Shown one piece after another: positions 9,032 to 17,540 of a stretch of 37,776 nt of DNA. Under the pieces are notes generated by a model that did no database searches, was not told the DNA's origin, and worked only from the letters and a program-made list of their open reading frames with translations. Made by a program: the position numbers and the translations under genes. How positions within the stretch are numbered: the stretch's first letter is position 1; every line of letters starts with the position of its first letter. Location of the stretch: contig JBDRRP010000103.1 in NCBI GenBank assembly GCA_043825735.1, forward strand, positions 1-37,776, in the 5' to 3' direction. The DNA is from Pseudomonadota bacterium (GTDB taxonomy: Bacteria > Desulfobacterota > Desulfobacteria > Desulfobacterales > JBDRRP01).

Positions 9032-10932
9032 CGTATTGGCCCCCGCTTGCCTCGATCATTGTAAAATTTGTTGAGTATACCGACGATCACCTGCGAATGA
9101 CCGGCCAGAAACTCGATGCCCGACCGGGTATCGAGCGCGCTGATCTGCGGGGCGTACACCAGCGTGACGCCGCCGCCGTCGTCCGGCTGCCTGCCACCGC
9201 CGGTCGTTTTCACGCCCAGCTCGCCGGAGGGCGTTCTACCCAGGGGCAAAATGCCCTCCGGCCCGGCCTCGCCCATGAGCCCGGTGCCCTTGGCAAACGG
9301 AAAGAGCGTTGGCCGGGTGACCACGCCGCCCAGGGCAAACTTCACCACTCCGGCCGAATCGAACGCGTTTCCCTTGGCCGATGCGATCCAGGTGCCGATC
9401 GCGCTGCCGATCTGGTCGACGAACCCGCCGCCCTGGCCGTCCTTGCCAAATAGGCCGGAACTCAGCATCTGCCCGAGGTAGTCGGATGTCGCGCGCTGGA
9501 TGGACTGCAGCACTGCGTTGGAGTAATCGGACAGGCTTTTCAATTTCCCGCTGATGGCATCGAAAAAAAAGTCCGAGAAATTCTGTTCCATCGCCTCGGC
9601 GGTGCGCCTCGAGAGCGCGACCATGCCGCTGGCGGCCTCGGCCTCCTTTTCGATAATCGCATCCAGCCCCCGGGACTGTACCTCGTAGCGATCGGCGGCC
9701 TGGGCCTGCCACAAATCGGTCATCTGCGCGGCGTCATCGACGATCTTCTCCTTGGCGGCCTCCTCCTTTTCGATGATGGCGTCGATCCCCCGGGACTGTA
9801 CCTCGTAGCGGTCCTTGGCCTGGGCCTGCCACAGGTCGGTGAACTCGTCGGCGCCCTTGGCGGCGTCCTTCAGCTCTTTGTCGGTGTATTTCTTCGGCCC
9901 TCCGGCATTGCCATCGGTGCGGCGCTTTCCGGAGTCGGCGCCGATGTCCGGGGCCTTGGCCTTTCCTTCCCACTTGGCGATGATCTCGTCGATCTGCTCG
10001 TTGGCTGTGGCCTCGAGGGCGGCGGACTTGGCCCGCACGGCCTCGACCGGATCCCGGAACCCGCGGTTCACCCAGTCGCCCCAGAGCTTTGCTTTTTCCC
10101 AGAGGCTGGCAGCGCGCACAGACAAGATCTCGATGCCGCCGATGAACGCCTTGATGGTTTGCACCACCGTGCCGCCGACCGTGGCCACCACTTTGAATGC
10201 GGGCACCAGCGACTCTCCGAGGGCCGTTTTGAGAGTCAGCACTTGGGTGGACAGGCGTGCCTTTGCGCCGGTCATCCCATCGGCGGCCCTGGCGGCGTTG
10301 CCCGCCTGCGCCTCGGTTTCCCGCAGGATGCCGTTGTATTCAGCCTGGCGCTTTTCAGCCAAGGTCAGCGACTGCACGCCCCGGCCAATGGAGTCGGCGT
10401 ATTCCTTCCACATGACGCTGACGTTTTTGGTGACGCCGGCGTTGTCGACCAGGATCGAGTTTTCGTTCTTGAGGCCCTCGGTGGCGCTCTCCACCGCTTC
10501 GGCCATGCTCAGGCTGCCGGCCCGGTTGAAGGCGGCGGCATCTTTTAAGCGCCCGAGCATCGTGAGCGCCTCGTCGATTTTGAACCCGCGGCTCAAGAGG
10601 TTCTGCAGGGACTTGCTCGATGCGGCGATGTTCATCAGGCCGTCTTCGGTCATAGCGCTGGCGGCCTGCATGGCCTCGCCGATCTCAACGCCGTTGTACC
10701 TGGCGACACCGGCCAGGCCCTTCAGGGAGTTTTGGGCCACCTCGAAAGCGTTCAGCGATTCCTTCAGACCGCTGGCCAGCTTATAGAGCACGGCAACGCT
10801 GGCCAGGCTCTGCAATTGCTGCTCGAGACCGCTGACCTTGAGCTTGAAGTCGTCAACGCTCTTCATGGCCTGGCCCCAGGCCCGGCCGGTTTTGTTGACG
10901 GCTGATATGATGAGCTGGATTTCGTTTTTCAC
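9028..10932 (-). CDS. Tape measure protein
   Basis: Ala-rich helical 634 aa; KNENSILVDNAGVTKNVS and C-terminal FALGGVVTRPTLF...GLMGEAGPEGILPL; follows the tail chaperone. Confidence 0.92.
   Translation of the reverse strand: MKNEIQLIISAVNKTGRAWGQAMKSVDDFKLKVSGLEQQLQSLASVAVLYKLASGLKESLNAFEVAQNSLKGLAGVARYNGVEIGEAMQAASAMTEDGLMNIAASSKSLQNLLSRGFKIDEALTMLGRLKDAAAFNRAGSLSMAEAVESATEGLKNENSILVDNAGVTKNVSVMWKEYADSIGRGVQSLTLAEKRQAEYNGILRETEAQAGNAARAADGMTGAKARLSTQVLTLKTALGESLVPAFKVVATVGGTVVQTIKAFIGGIEILSVRAASLWEKAKLWGDWVNRGFRDPVEAVRAKSAALEATANEQIDEIIAKWEGKAKAPDIGADSGKRRTDGNAGGPKKYTDKELKDAAKGADEFTDLWQAQAKDRYEVQSRGIDAIIEKEEAAKEKIVDDAAQMTDLWQAQAADRYEVQSRGLDAIIEKEAEAASGMVALSRRTAEAMEQNFSDFFFDAISGKLKSLSDYSNAVLQSIQRATSDYLGQMLSSGLFGKDGQGGGFVDQIGSAIGTWIASAKGNAFDSAGVVKFALGGVVTRPTLFPFAKGTGLMGEAGPEGILPLGRTPSGELGVKTTGGGRQPDDGGGVTLVYAPQISALDTRSGIEFLAGHSQVIVGILNKFYNDRGKRGPIR
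9642..9840. repeat. Tandem in-frame repeat in tape measure gene, 120 bp period
   Basis: 9642-9720 and 9762-9840 encode TDLWQAQAxDRYEVQSRGxDAIIEKE twice. Confidence 0.9.
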
Positions 10933-10942
10933 GATGTGCCCC

Positions 10943-11263
10943 TCATCCGGTGACGCGATCGCTGCAATGCTTTGTGCACATAGCGCAGGCCACGCCGCGG
11001 CATGGCTTTGCCGTAGCGGCCGGTGCCGGGCCGAGCGCCGCGCTGCCGAAAAGCGCCTCCAGCCACCAGGTCCGCTGCCGCCATACGCATCCCGCCCACT
11101 CGATCGCCTCCGTGATGGTTACGTGCCACAGGGTCCAGTCTCTTTTTGCGATGTCTCCGCAGCAGCAGATGGCGCAGAGCTCGGTGATGGGGTCGGCATC
11201 GCCAGCCCCACCAGTTTGCCGAGCCTCGCTGCGAGTGATGAGACCCGGTTGAGCTGCAAAAAA
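10943..11263 (-). CDS. -1 frameshift extension of tail chaperone (gpGT analogue)
   Basis: After GAT TTT TTG the -1 frame is open to TGA at 10945-10943, encoding ...DPITELCAICCCGDIAKRDWTLWHVTITEAIEW...PCRGVACAMCTKHCSDRVTG, ending just before the tape measure start. Confidence 0.78.
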   Translation of the reverse strand, partial: FFAAQPGLITRSEARQTGGAGDADPITELCAICCCGDIAKRDWTLWHVTITEAIEWAGCVWRQRTWWLEALFGSAALGPAPAATAKPCRGVACAMCTKHCSDRVTG

Positions 11264-11547
11264 TCCTCCGCCACCTCCACGGCGGCATCGATCTCCATGT
11301 GATTGTCCATGAACGCTGAAAGCTCGTCTATGTCCCGGCCGGCCAGATCATGGCAGCCGGTATCGACCAGCACCACCGCCAGCGCCCGGGGCAGCCGCTC
11401 GCCCAGCGCATGCACGATGCCGAGCGGATTCATATCGTCGGGCATGGCCATGCCGCTGATCACCTCGATCAGTTGCCGCAGTTGGCCCAGCACGAGCGGC
11501 CGGTGCTCGAACGCGCGGCCGTCGATTTCGTATGTCTTTTGTGTCAT
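11119..11547 (-). CDS. Tail assembly chaperone (lambda gpG analogue)
   Basis: Lies between tail tube and tape measure; contains in-frame T TTT TTG slippery heptamer at 11263-11257. Confidence 0.8.
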   Translation of the reverse strand: MTQKTYEIDGRAFEHRPLVLGQLRQLIEVISGMAMPDDMNPLGIVHALGERLPRALAVVLVDTGCHDLAGRDIDELSAFMDNHMEIDAAVEVAEDFLQLNRVSSLAARLGKLVGLAMPTPSPSSAPSAAAETSQKETGPCGT

Positions 11548-11568
11548 CGGACGGATCCTTCCTGAGAT

Positions 11569-12492
11569 CTAAGTAAACGCGAGGCTCAGCTCGTCGTCAC
11601 CGCTGCTGCGGTTGAGCTGGCAGTCGATCCCCAGCGTCCGCAGTTGTCCGCGGGCCTGCTCACTGATGCTGGTGTACTGGACTTTGGGCGCGGTGATGGT
11701 GCAGATGTTGCCGGCGGTGGCGCCCAGGGTGGCGGTGAGCGCGCCCTCGGTGCCGGCCCGCAGCAGCCCGTAGAAATCGTGGGTGGCCACGGCGACCTTT
11801 TCCGGGTCCAGGCTGAGCATTGCCATGCGGTCGACGATCTTTGCGCTGATGTAACCGCTGGATGCGTTGGCGCTCGGCCTGAGCTCCACCTTATTGCCCA
11901 TGTCTATATCCAGCTTGCCGATCAACGCCGCATAGCTGGCCAGGGTGAAATTGGCGTTTAGAAACGCCGCCGGAACCACGCTTGGATAGCTCACGCCGGA
12001 GAGAAAACTTCCGGCTGATACCGAAAAGTCGGCGCCGGTCAAAACGAAATGCAGCCAGCAGATGTCGCCGGTGACGAGCGCGATCTTCACGTTGGCCCGG
12101 GCGCCCCAGATCTTGCTGATGATCGTGTCGTCCTCGTAGAGGGCGGCCGTCAGGCTCGGCACCGCAGATGACGCCGGCAGGTAGGTGACCGATGTGCCGG
12201 CAACGATCGTCTCGGCGAATCCGGCCCCTTTGAGCAGATCGGCAAACGGGGGCGGCGTGCCGGCCGTGCCGCTGCCGATCAGCGCCACGTCGAACTCGAT
12301 CTGCGCCGAGCGCGCGCCGGGCACCGCGGCGTAGGGGCTGAGCGATGTGCTCACGTGGTTTCTGGCGTTCATCTTCGTGTCCGGGGTGAATTTCGGATTT
12401 GCCACCAGGATGGCGTCGGCGGCCAGCAGCGTCTCGGCCGTGCCCTCGACGGCCTCGATCTCGACGGCCAGTTGTGTGCGTTTTTCCAGCAT
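11569..12492 (-). CDS. Tail tube protein (non-contractile)
   Basis: 307 aa; GSGTAGTPPPFADLLKGAGF, GATAGNICTITAPKVQY, GDDELSLAFT; no sheath gene present. Confidence 0.85.
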   Translation of the reverse strand: MLEKRTQLAVEIEAVEGTAETLLAADAILVANPKFTPDTKMNARNHVSTSLSPYAAVPGARSAQIEFDVALIGSGTAGTPPPFADLLKGAGFAETIVAGTSVTYLPASSAVPSLTAALYEDDTIISKIWGARANVKIALVTGDICWLHFVLTGADFSVSAGSFLSGVSYPSVVPAAFLNANFTLASYAALIGKLDIDMGNKVELRPSANASSGYISAKIVDRMAMLSLDPEKVAVATHDFYGLLRAGTEGALTATLGATAGNICTITAPKVQYTSISEQARGQLRTLGIDCQLNRSSGDDELSLAFT

Positions 12493-12501
12493 GCTTTCCT
12501 C

Positions 12502-12981
12502 CTATGCCGATGGGTAGATTAGCGCCTGGGCGGTGCTGTAATCGGCGGCGTAGACACTGATCCCGCCGCCGATAAAAACGGGAGACTCCCGTTGTAATTC
12601 AAGTGGGGTGATCTCGAGGCTAAGCTGCTGGCCGTAGAGCAAGGCACGGACGGCCCGCAGCATGGCGTAGGTGCCCGGGTTCGTTTTTCCGCCCCGGCGC
12701 GCCTCGGCCTCGTCTTTAACTGTTTTGTCGCAGACAAAAATCGAGTAGACCATCGCCTCGGTTTTCCGGTCGCCGTGGGGTGTGTATCCGGATCCGCCGT
12801 AGATCACGAAGATGGCGGGCAGCAGCGTGAGCAGCTTCTTGATCTTCTCCTTGTCGGTGAATTCCAGATCGTCCTGGTACGTCTTGATGGTGCGAACGCC
12901 CAGGCTGGCCGGAAGCTTCAGCGGCGCCAGCGCCGTGATGATCGTGTCCTCGATGTCGTCAATGCCGTAGGGAGGGGTCAT
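12502..12981 (-). CDS. Mu gp37-like (DUF1834) tail terminator
   Basis: IDDIEDTII, TIKTYQDDL, LPAIFVIYGG, GTYAMLRAVRALL; synteny. Confidence 0.82.
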   Translation of the reverse strand: MTPPYGIDDIEDTIITALAPLKLPASLGVRTIKTYQDDLEFTDKEKIKKLLTLLPAIFVIYGGSGYTPHGDRKTEAMVYSIFVCDKTVKDEAEARRGGKTNPGTYAMLRAVRALLYGQQLSLEITPLELQRESPVFIGGGISVYAADYSTAQALIYPSA

Positions 12982-12984
12982 GGC

Positions 12985-13524
12985 TTAAACGCCCGTTAAA
13001 TAGTCGTTGACGATGCCGGCGATCTCGGTCCAGTCACCGGAGCTAACGCCCAGGTAGGGCCTGGCCGGGATGTGCATCTTTCTTAAATGCGACATCACAA
13101 ACCCGACGCCGGATGCCGTTTTCTTCTTTCCGGCCGTCATGTTTCTCGATGCAACCCGCCGCCGGTGGGCGCGCACGGTGACCGTCTCGTCGGCGCCGAG
13201 TTGATGCACGGCCCCGTAAACGACGTTTGTGCCGACCCGGACCGAGTCCGCGGCGGCGCGGTATGCGATGCTGCCGCGAAGTCGCGCGCGCTCGGTGAGG
13301 ATCCTGGTGTTTTTCTTTGTCGCCCAGGTCCGCGGACTGAGCGGCGCCCAGGCGCGGCCGTCCGGATCCCGCTGCGCCCGGAACCGGTCATCGGTGGCGC
13401 GCACCAGGTACTCGCCGATGTCGGCCATCACCGGGGTCATGTCGCCGGTTTTTGACCGCAGCCGGGCGAACAGGGCCTCGACCGCTTTGTCATCGACGGT
13501 GATCGAAATGCTGGCGCCGGGCAT
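12985..13524 (-). CDS. Mu gpG-like virion morphogenesis protein
   Basis: RFRAQRDPDGRAWAPLS, VGTNVVYGAVHQLG, IPARPYLG motifs. Confidence 0.9.
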   Translation of the reverse strand: MPGASISITVDDKAVEALFARLRSKTGDMTPVMADIGEYLVRATDDRFRAQRDPDGRAWAPLSPRTWATKKNTRILTERARLRGSIAYRAAADSVRVGTNVVYGAVHQLGADETVTVRAHRRRVASRNMTAGKKKTASGVGFVMSHLRKMHIPARPYLGVSSGDWTEIAGIVNDYLTGV

Positions 13525-13525
13525 A

Positions 13526-13957
13526 TCAGAACCCCGTCATCTTCGAGCGCGAGAAAATGCGCGCCGGGTTTTCGGTGCTCATCTGCGGCGCGTTAGTCTC
13601 CGGCGGCGTGCCGTCCGGATCGTCGGCGCCCAGGCTGACGGCACCCTTTCCGACATCCCTGAGCAAGCGGATCGCACTGTCGTAGCGCTTGGAGCGATCG
13701 TCCGGGGCGCCTTCGCGCCGGGCGAAGAGATTATAGATCGCCATGTCGACGCTGAGCTTTCGGATGATCGCCGGTACCGTAGAAAACGGCACGGCGTAGC
13801 GCTTGCCGCAGTAGGCATCGATCTCGCCGTCGGCATCTGCGATCGCGCGGGTCACCACGTCGGCATCGATGGCGCCGCTGCCGGCGTCATCGGTGAGCTG
13901 GATTACCTCATCCTGGCTGATTTGCTCGAGCATGTCGGATTGGGTGCAGTAGGCCAT
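13526..13957 (-). CDS. Mu gp36-like (DUF1320) head-tail adaptor
   Basis: MAYCT, AIADADGEIDAYCGKRY, RYDSAIRLLRDVGKG. Confidence 0.9.
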   Translation of the reverse strand: MAYCTQSDMLEQISQDEVIQLTDDAGSGAIDADVVTRAIADADGEIDAYCGKRYAVPFSTVPAIIRKLSVDMAIYNLFARREGAPDDRSKRYDSAIRLLRDVGKGAVSLGADDPDGTPPETNAPQMSTENPARIFSRSKMTGF

Positions 13958-13960
13958 CGG

Positions 13961-14263
13961 TTAATCCTCCGGGGGAGGCTCCTTGGTGTTGTCGTAGACC
14001 AGCTTGACCAGGTCGGGCTTTTTCGAGCCTTTGGGGATCTCCACTTCCAGCTTGGTCAAAAGCGCGGTGAGCGCCGAAACGGTCATGTCCTCGGGTTTCG
14101 GGGTGACGGCGATCGCCACGACCACCGTGAGCATCGGATCGGCCTCGAGCACGGCGAGCTGCTCTTCGGTGAAAGCATCGTCGGCGTGCTCGGTGGCCGC
14201 CTTGCTGTGGGCAACGCCGCAGCGGCGGAACCCTTCGCGTTTGCTGCTGATAACGATCGGCAT
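13961..14263 (-). CDS. Mu gp35-like (HI1506-related) protein with C-terminal HeH-like segment
   Basis: GFRRCGVAHS...FTEEQLAVLEADPML; MTVSALTALL...IPKGSKKPDLV. Confidence 0.85.
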   Translation of the reverse strand: MPIVISSKREGFRRCGVAHSKAATEHADDAFTEEQLAVLEADPMLTVVVAIAVTPKPEDMTVSALTALLTKLEVEIPKGSKKPDLVKLVYDNTKEPPPED

Positions 14264-14294
14264 GTGAGTGTCTCCTGTCTTTTCGGATTAAGGG

Positions 14295-14325
14295 AAAAAC
14301 GGGCGCCGTCACCGGGCGCCCGTTT
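14295..14325 (-). terminator. Intrinsic terminator after major capsid gene
   Basis: Minus strand AAACGGGCGCC-cggtgac-GGCGCCCGTTTTT. Confidence 0.75.
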
Positions 14326-14357
14326 CAGCTCATGCTGCCGGGCCTACCGGACCGTCA

Positions 14358-15422
14358 TCATGCGGCGCCGGTGCTGCCGTAGCTCATCTGCCACAGGCCG
14401 TAGCCGCCGGCCGCGCGCGCTTCGACGCCGAACTTGAACTCCTTGCGCATGAAGACGTCGTCACTGTCAGGAGTGGTCTGCTGCACAAACACCGGTTTCT
14501 TTCGCTCCTGGTAGACGAAGGGCTTGATGGGTCGGCTCGTCACATGCAGGAACCAGGCGGTGGTGCTGGTGAGCCGGGGGTTGACCAGCAGGGTGGCCGT
14601 GCCCTTGTAGGGGTTCGGAGACTCGTCGGTCAGTTTGTCGTTTTCCAGCAGCAGGCGGCCGGTGGCCTCCAGCGCCGGGGGCACTTCCAGAACGTTGGGG
14701 ATCAGCCCCAGGGGCCGGCCGTCATCATCCTTGAAGCTCATAATGGCCAGCCGCCCGGCGCCATAGCTGGCGGCAGCCAGCGCAGTCGTTGCCGCCGATA
14801 GCGCTGCCGTGCCCTTGTTGCTCACACTGGCGCCGGCCACCTCGTGGTCGGTATCGTAAAAGTACTGGCCGTCGTAGCACTCGCTGGCGAAGGCGTTGTT
14901 TTTGAGGTCGGCATCGATCTCGTCGGGGAGCTGCTTGGCAGAGTACCCGGCCTCCTGGGCCTGGGGCGCGTAGATGCCGAGCGTGTCGTCCTCGAAATCG
15001 TTTCGATCGACAGCCACCGTGGCCTCCCAGTCATCGTTGACGATGGTGTATTTAAACGCCGAGAGAGCCTTGATGACCTTGTCGCCCAGCCATTTACGCA
15101 TCTTAGGAAAGCGGCTCAGCCATGCGTAGTCGTTCTGGCCGCTGCCGCTCGGCACCAGCATGGTGGTCTGCTGCCAGAGAGAGGGCGCCCCGTCGAATGC
15201 CTTGTTGAATGTCGTTTTAAGATTGATGAAAACAGCGGTTAAATTGTCCTTGTTGACGATCAGGGCGAACATGGGGATGCCCCAGCCGGCGCCCCCCATG
15301 TCCTGATGCGTCAGGCCCAGGGCCGCGGTGATGGTGGCGTGCCGGTCACCGGTTGCGAGCATCACGGCAGCCAGCAGCGTGAGGCTGATCAGGCCGGTGA
15401 TGATGCCGAAAATCTTTTTCAT
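14358..15422 (-). CDS. Mu gpT-like major capsid protein with about 50 aa hydrophobic N-terminal extension
   Basis: YAWLSRFPKMRKWLGDK, NDDWEATVAVDRNDFEDD, CYDGQYFYDTDH, KPFVYQERKKP, GYGLWQMSYGS; AAGGAGG RBS before first Met. Confidence 0.95.
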   Translation of the reverse strand: MKKIFGIITGLISLTLLAAVMLATGDRHATITAALGLTHQDMGGAGWGIPMFALIVNKDNLTAVFINLKTTFNKAFDGAPSLWQQTTMLVPSGSGQNDYAWLSRFPKMRKWLGDKVIKALSAFKYTIVNDDWEATVAVDRNDFEDDTLGIYAPQAQEAGYSAKQLPDEIDADLKNNAFASECYDGQYFYDTDHEVAGASVSNKGTAALSAATTALAAASYGAGRLAIMSFKDDDGRPLGLIPNVLEVPPALEATGRLLLENDKLTDESPNPYKGTATLLVNPRLTSTTAWFLHVTSRPIKPFVYQERKKPVFVQQTTPDSDDVFMRKEFKFGVEARAAGGYGLWQMSYGSTGAA

Positions 15423-15491
15423 GGTGCGTTCCTCCTTATGGTTGAAATTGGCGATCGTAGTGCTCTTGGGTAAAGGCCGCTACTGCCGCGG

Positions 15492-16367
15492 TTAGACCGT
15501 GGACAGGGCGCATCCGTCGTTGACGAGAACGCGCCAGACCAGGGCGCCGGCCACCTGCACGGCGGTCAGCACAATGGTGTCGCCGGCGTCCCCCATCGTG
15601 ATGGTGTTGTTGCCGGTCTGGTTGACGGCCGCAGCGGCAGTGATGACCGCATCTCCACCGCCATCGACATCTATGCTGATGGCCAGGGTGATGCCGGCCA
15701 GGGCAGGGATGGCCAGGGTGCGGGTCTCACCGCTGCCGCCGGTGGTGATGGGCACCTGGCCGGATCTGGTGACCGGGATCGCACCGGCGTCGCCCGGATC
15801 TGCGATGGCCACCGGGGCCTTGGGATAGATCTCCTGCAGGGCCGCCTCGACGGTGGTCTGCGCGGTGAAGCTGCCGGCGTCTGCGATGGAGATCGCGCTG
15901 GCCGCATGGGCGGCGCTGCCGTCGGCGATGTGGGTGGCCACGTCCGCCTGCCGGATGGCCGGCTCGATGTCGATCCAGGCGGTGAGGGTCGTGACGAAGC
16001 CTGCGATGATGCCGCAAAAAATCTTGTTGCTGACGTTGGCCGTCAGATCGACGGTCTGGTCATCGACCAGAAACACGTTGTCTCCGATGTTGGCGATCGT
16101 GATGGCCGTGCCCATGTTCACCAGCACCAGGCCTCGCCGTCGCAGGACAACGGTTTTGTCTCCGTTGCTGCCGGAGGAGTTGTCCACCTGCGCCTTGGCG
16201 ATACCTTGGAAAATGAGCCCGGCCGTGTCGCTGCCCTCCAGCGCGTAGCCGGCGGCGTTGACGCACGCCAGCGCGCCGCCGAAGATCTTTTGCGATGCGG
16301 CCATCTGGAACGGCAGCTCGACGCCGTCCATGACCTGCAGGTTTCTGTCTGCTGCTAACGCTGTCAT
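15492..16367 (-). CDS. Capsid decoration / cement protein with C-terminal extension (possible head fibre)
   Basis: MTALAADRN...IFGGALACVNAAGYA...VDNSSGSNGD...IGDNVFLVDDQTV N-domain typical of the gene between Mu I and T; extra linker and beta domain. Confidence 0.75.
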   Translation of the reverse strand: MTALAADRNLQVMDGVELPFQMAASQKIFGGALACVNAAGYALEGSDTAGLIFQGIAKAQVDNSSGSNGDKTVVLRRRGLVLVNMGTAITIANIGDNVFLVDDQTVDLTANVSNKIFCGIIAGFVTTLTAWIDIEPAIRQADVATHIADGSAAHAASAISIADAGSFTAQTTVEAALQEIYPKAPVAIADPGDAGAIPVTRSGQVPITTGGSGETRTLAIPALAGITLAISIDVDGGGDAVITAAAAVNQTGNNTITMGDAGDTIVLTAVQVAGALVWRVLVNDGCALSTV

Positions 16368-16448
16368 ATCGATACCTCCGTATTCGTTTCAGGTAAGTGT
16401 CGCTCTTTCCTCACCTCTGCCGGGTGAGCCCTGCCGGCGGACGGCCGG

Positions 16449-17063
16449 CTACTGCAAGGAACCGTACTTTTCCAGATCTTCCTTGGTGTTGCCGAAGAAC
16501 TTGGCAACGGTCATCGTGGCATCGCTGACAGCGCCGGGCGCCTCGAGAGTGCTGTCCGGCAGCTTGCCGGGGGTGATCACCACCGGGGCTTTGGCGACGA
16601 ACGTGGTGAACCCGGGCAGGTCGCGCGTGGCGTAGTCGGTGGCCCAGGGCTTTTGATCGGGCGTGATTTTCCCGGCCTTCATGGCGGCGGTGACGGCGTC
16701 CGAGGCGTCCCGGTCCGCGAGCTTGGCCACCACCGCGGCGAACTCGTCGCGGCTGACCATGCCCTTGGCGCCCTGCCGGAGCGCGTGGATCGATGCCACT
16801 ACGGTGGAGATCCCCTCGGTGGCCGTGAGACCCAGGGCCTCGGTCACCTCCTTGGCCACCACCGGCATCCCGGTTTTGTCCACCAGGCGCAGGCGTTCGA
16901 TGGCCTCGATCACCTGTGTCTCCGTGGCATCGGTTGCCAGCGCGAGTTTCGCGGCGACCGCCTCCAGGGGCGTTGTGAGTTTGGCGACCGCAGCCATCAC
17001 GTCATCCTCGGTGGCGGTGGCGGCCAGCTTCAGTTTGGCAATGAGCTTTTGCAGCAGGTTCAT
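16449..17063 (-). CDS. Probable nested in-frame scaffold protein (Mu gpZ analogue)
   Basis: Internal AAGGAGGAAGACACC-ATG at MNLLQKLIAKLK, in frame with the protease. Confidence 0.75.
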   Translation of the reverse strand: MNLLQKLIAKLKLAATATEDDVMAAVAKLTTPLEAVAAKLALATDATETQVIEAIERLRLVDKTGMPVVAKEVTEALGLTATEGISTVVASIHALRQGAKGMVSRDEFAAVVAKLADRDASDAVTAAMKAGKITPDQKPWATDYATRDLPGFTTFVAKAPVVITPGKLPDSTLEAPGAVSDATMTVAKFFGNTKEDLEKYGSLQ

Positions 17064-17540
17064 GGTGTCTTCCTCCTTGTTGATGTCGGATCCCAGCTTT
17101 GCCAGGATCGGCCTTAGATGATTGGTTTTCGGGGCGTTGGTGAGCGCCACCGAGTGGACGCCGACGATGCGCCCGTCCGTGTTGCTGCGGAAAGTGACCG
17201 GCGAAAAGTAGCGGTACTCGCCGCGCTCGATGTAGCCGGCAGCCTCGGCGGTCCAGTCCACCCGGCAGGTGATCCCGGCTGCATCATCCCACTTGAGCTC
17301 GCGGATCCAGCCGGCAGCCGGCGCCTTGATGTCTTTTAGGGTCTGGTGCTCGTAGTCGAACACGATGTCGATGCCGCGCTTGGCGATGTAGGCGGCCAGC
17401 TGGTCAAACGACTGGCGGTCCACCAGGATGTGCCCTTCGCCATCGATGGACACCATGCCCGGGGCGTAGAGCTGGATCCACTCCGGGGCCTTGCCGTCCT
17501 TGAGATCGATGGCGGCGATGATGACGTGGGCGTTTTTCAT
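16449..17540 (-). CDS. Mu gpI-like prohead protease with scaffold domain
   Basis: IVFDYEHQT, APAAGWI, VDWT, EYRYFSP, SVALTNAP; C-terminal AGKITPDQKPWA. Confidence 0.93.
   Translation of the reverse strand: MKNAHVIIAAIDLKDGKAPEWIQLYAPGMVSIDGEGHILVDRQSFDQLAAYIAKRGIDIVFDYEHQTLKDIKAPAAGWIRELKWDDAAGITCRVDWTAEAAGYIERGEYRYFSPVTFRSNTDGRIVGVHSVALTNAPKTNHLRPILAKLGSDINKEEDTMNLLQKLIAKLKLAATATEDDVMAAVAKLTTPLEAVAAKLALATDATETQVIEAIERLRLVDKTGMPVVAKEVTEALGLTATEGISTVVASIHALRQGAKGMVSRDEFAAVVAKLADRDASDAVTAAMKAGKITPDQKPWATDYATRDLPGFTTFVAKAPVVITPGKLPDSTLEAPGAVSDATMTVAKFFGNTKEDLEKYGSLQ

Noticed and set aside
10929..11288. 119-aa ORF as the frameshifted chaperone extension
   Set aside because: It is in the +1 frame and low complexity; the -1 frame after T TTT TTG gives the plausible product
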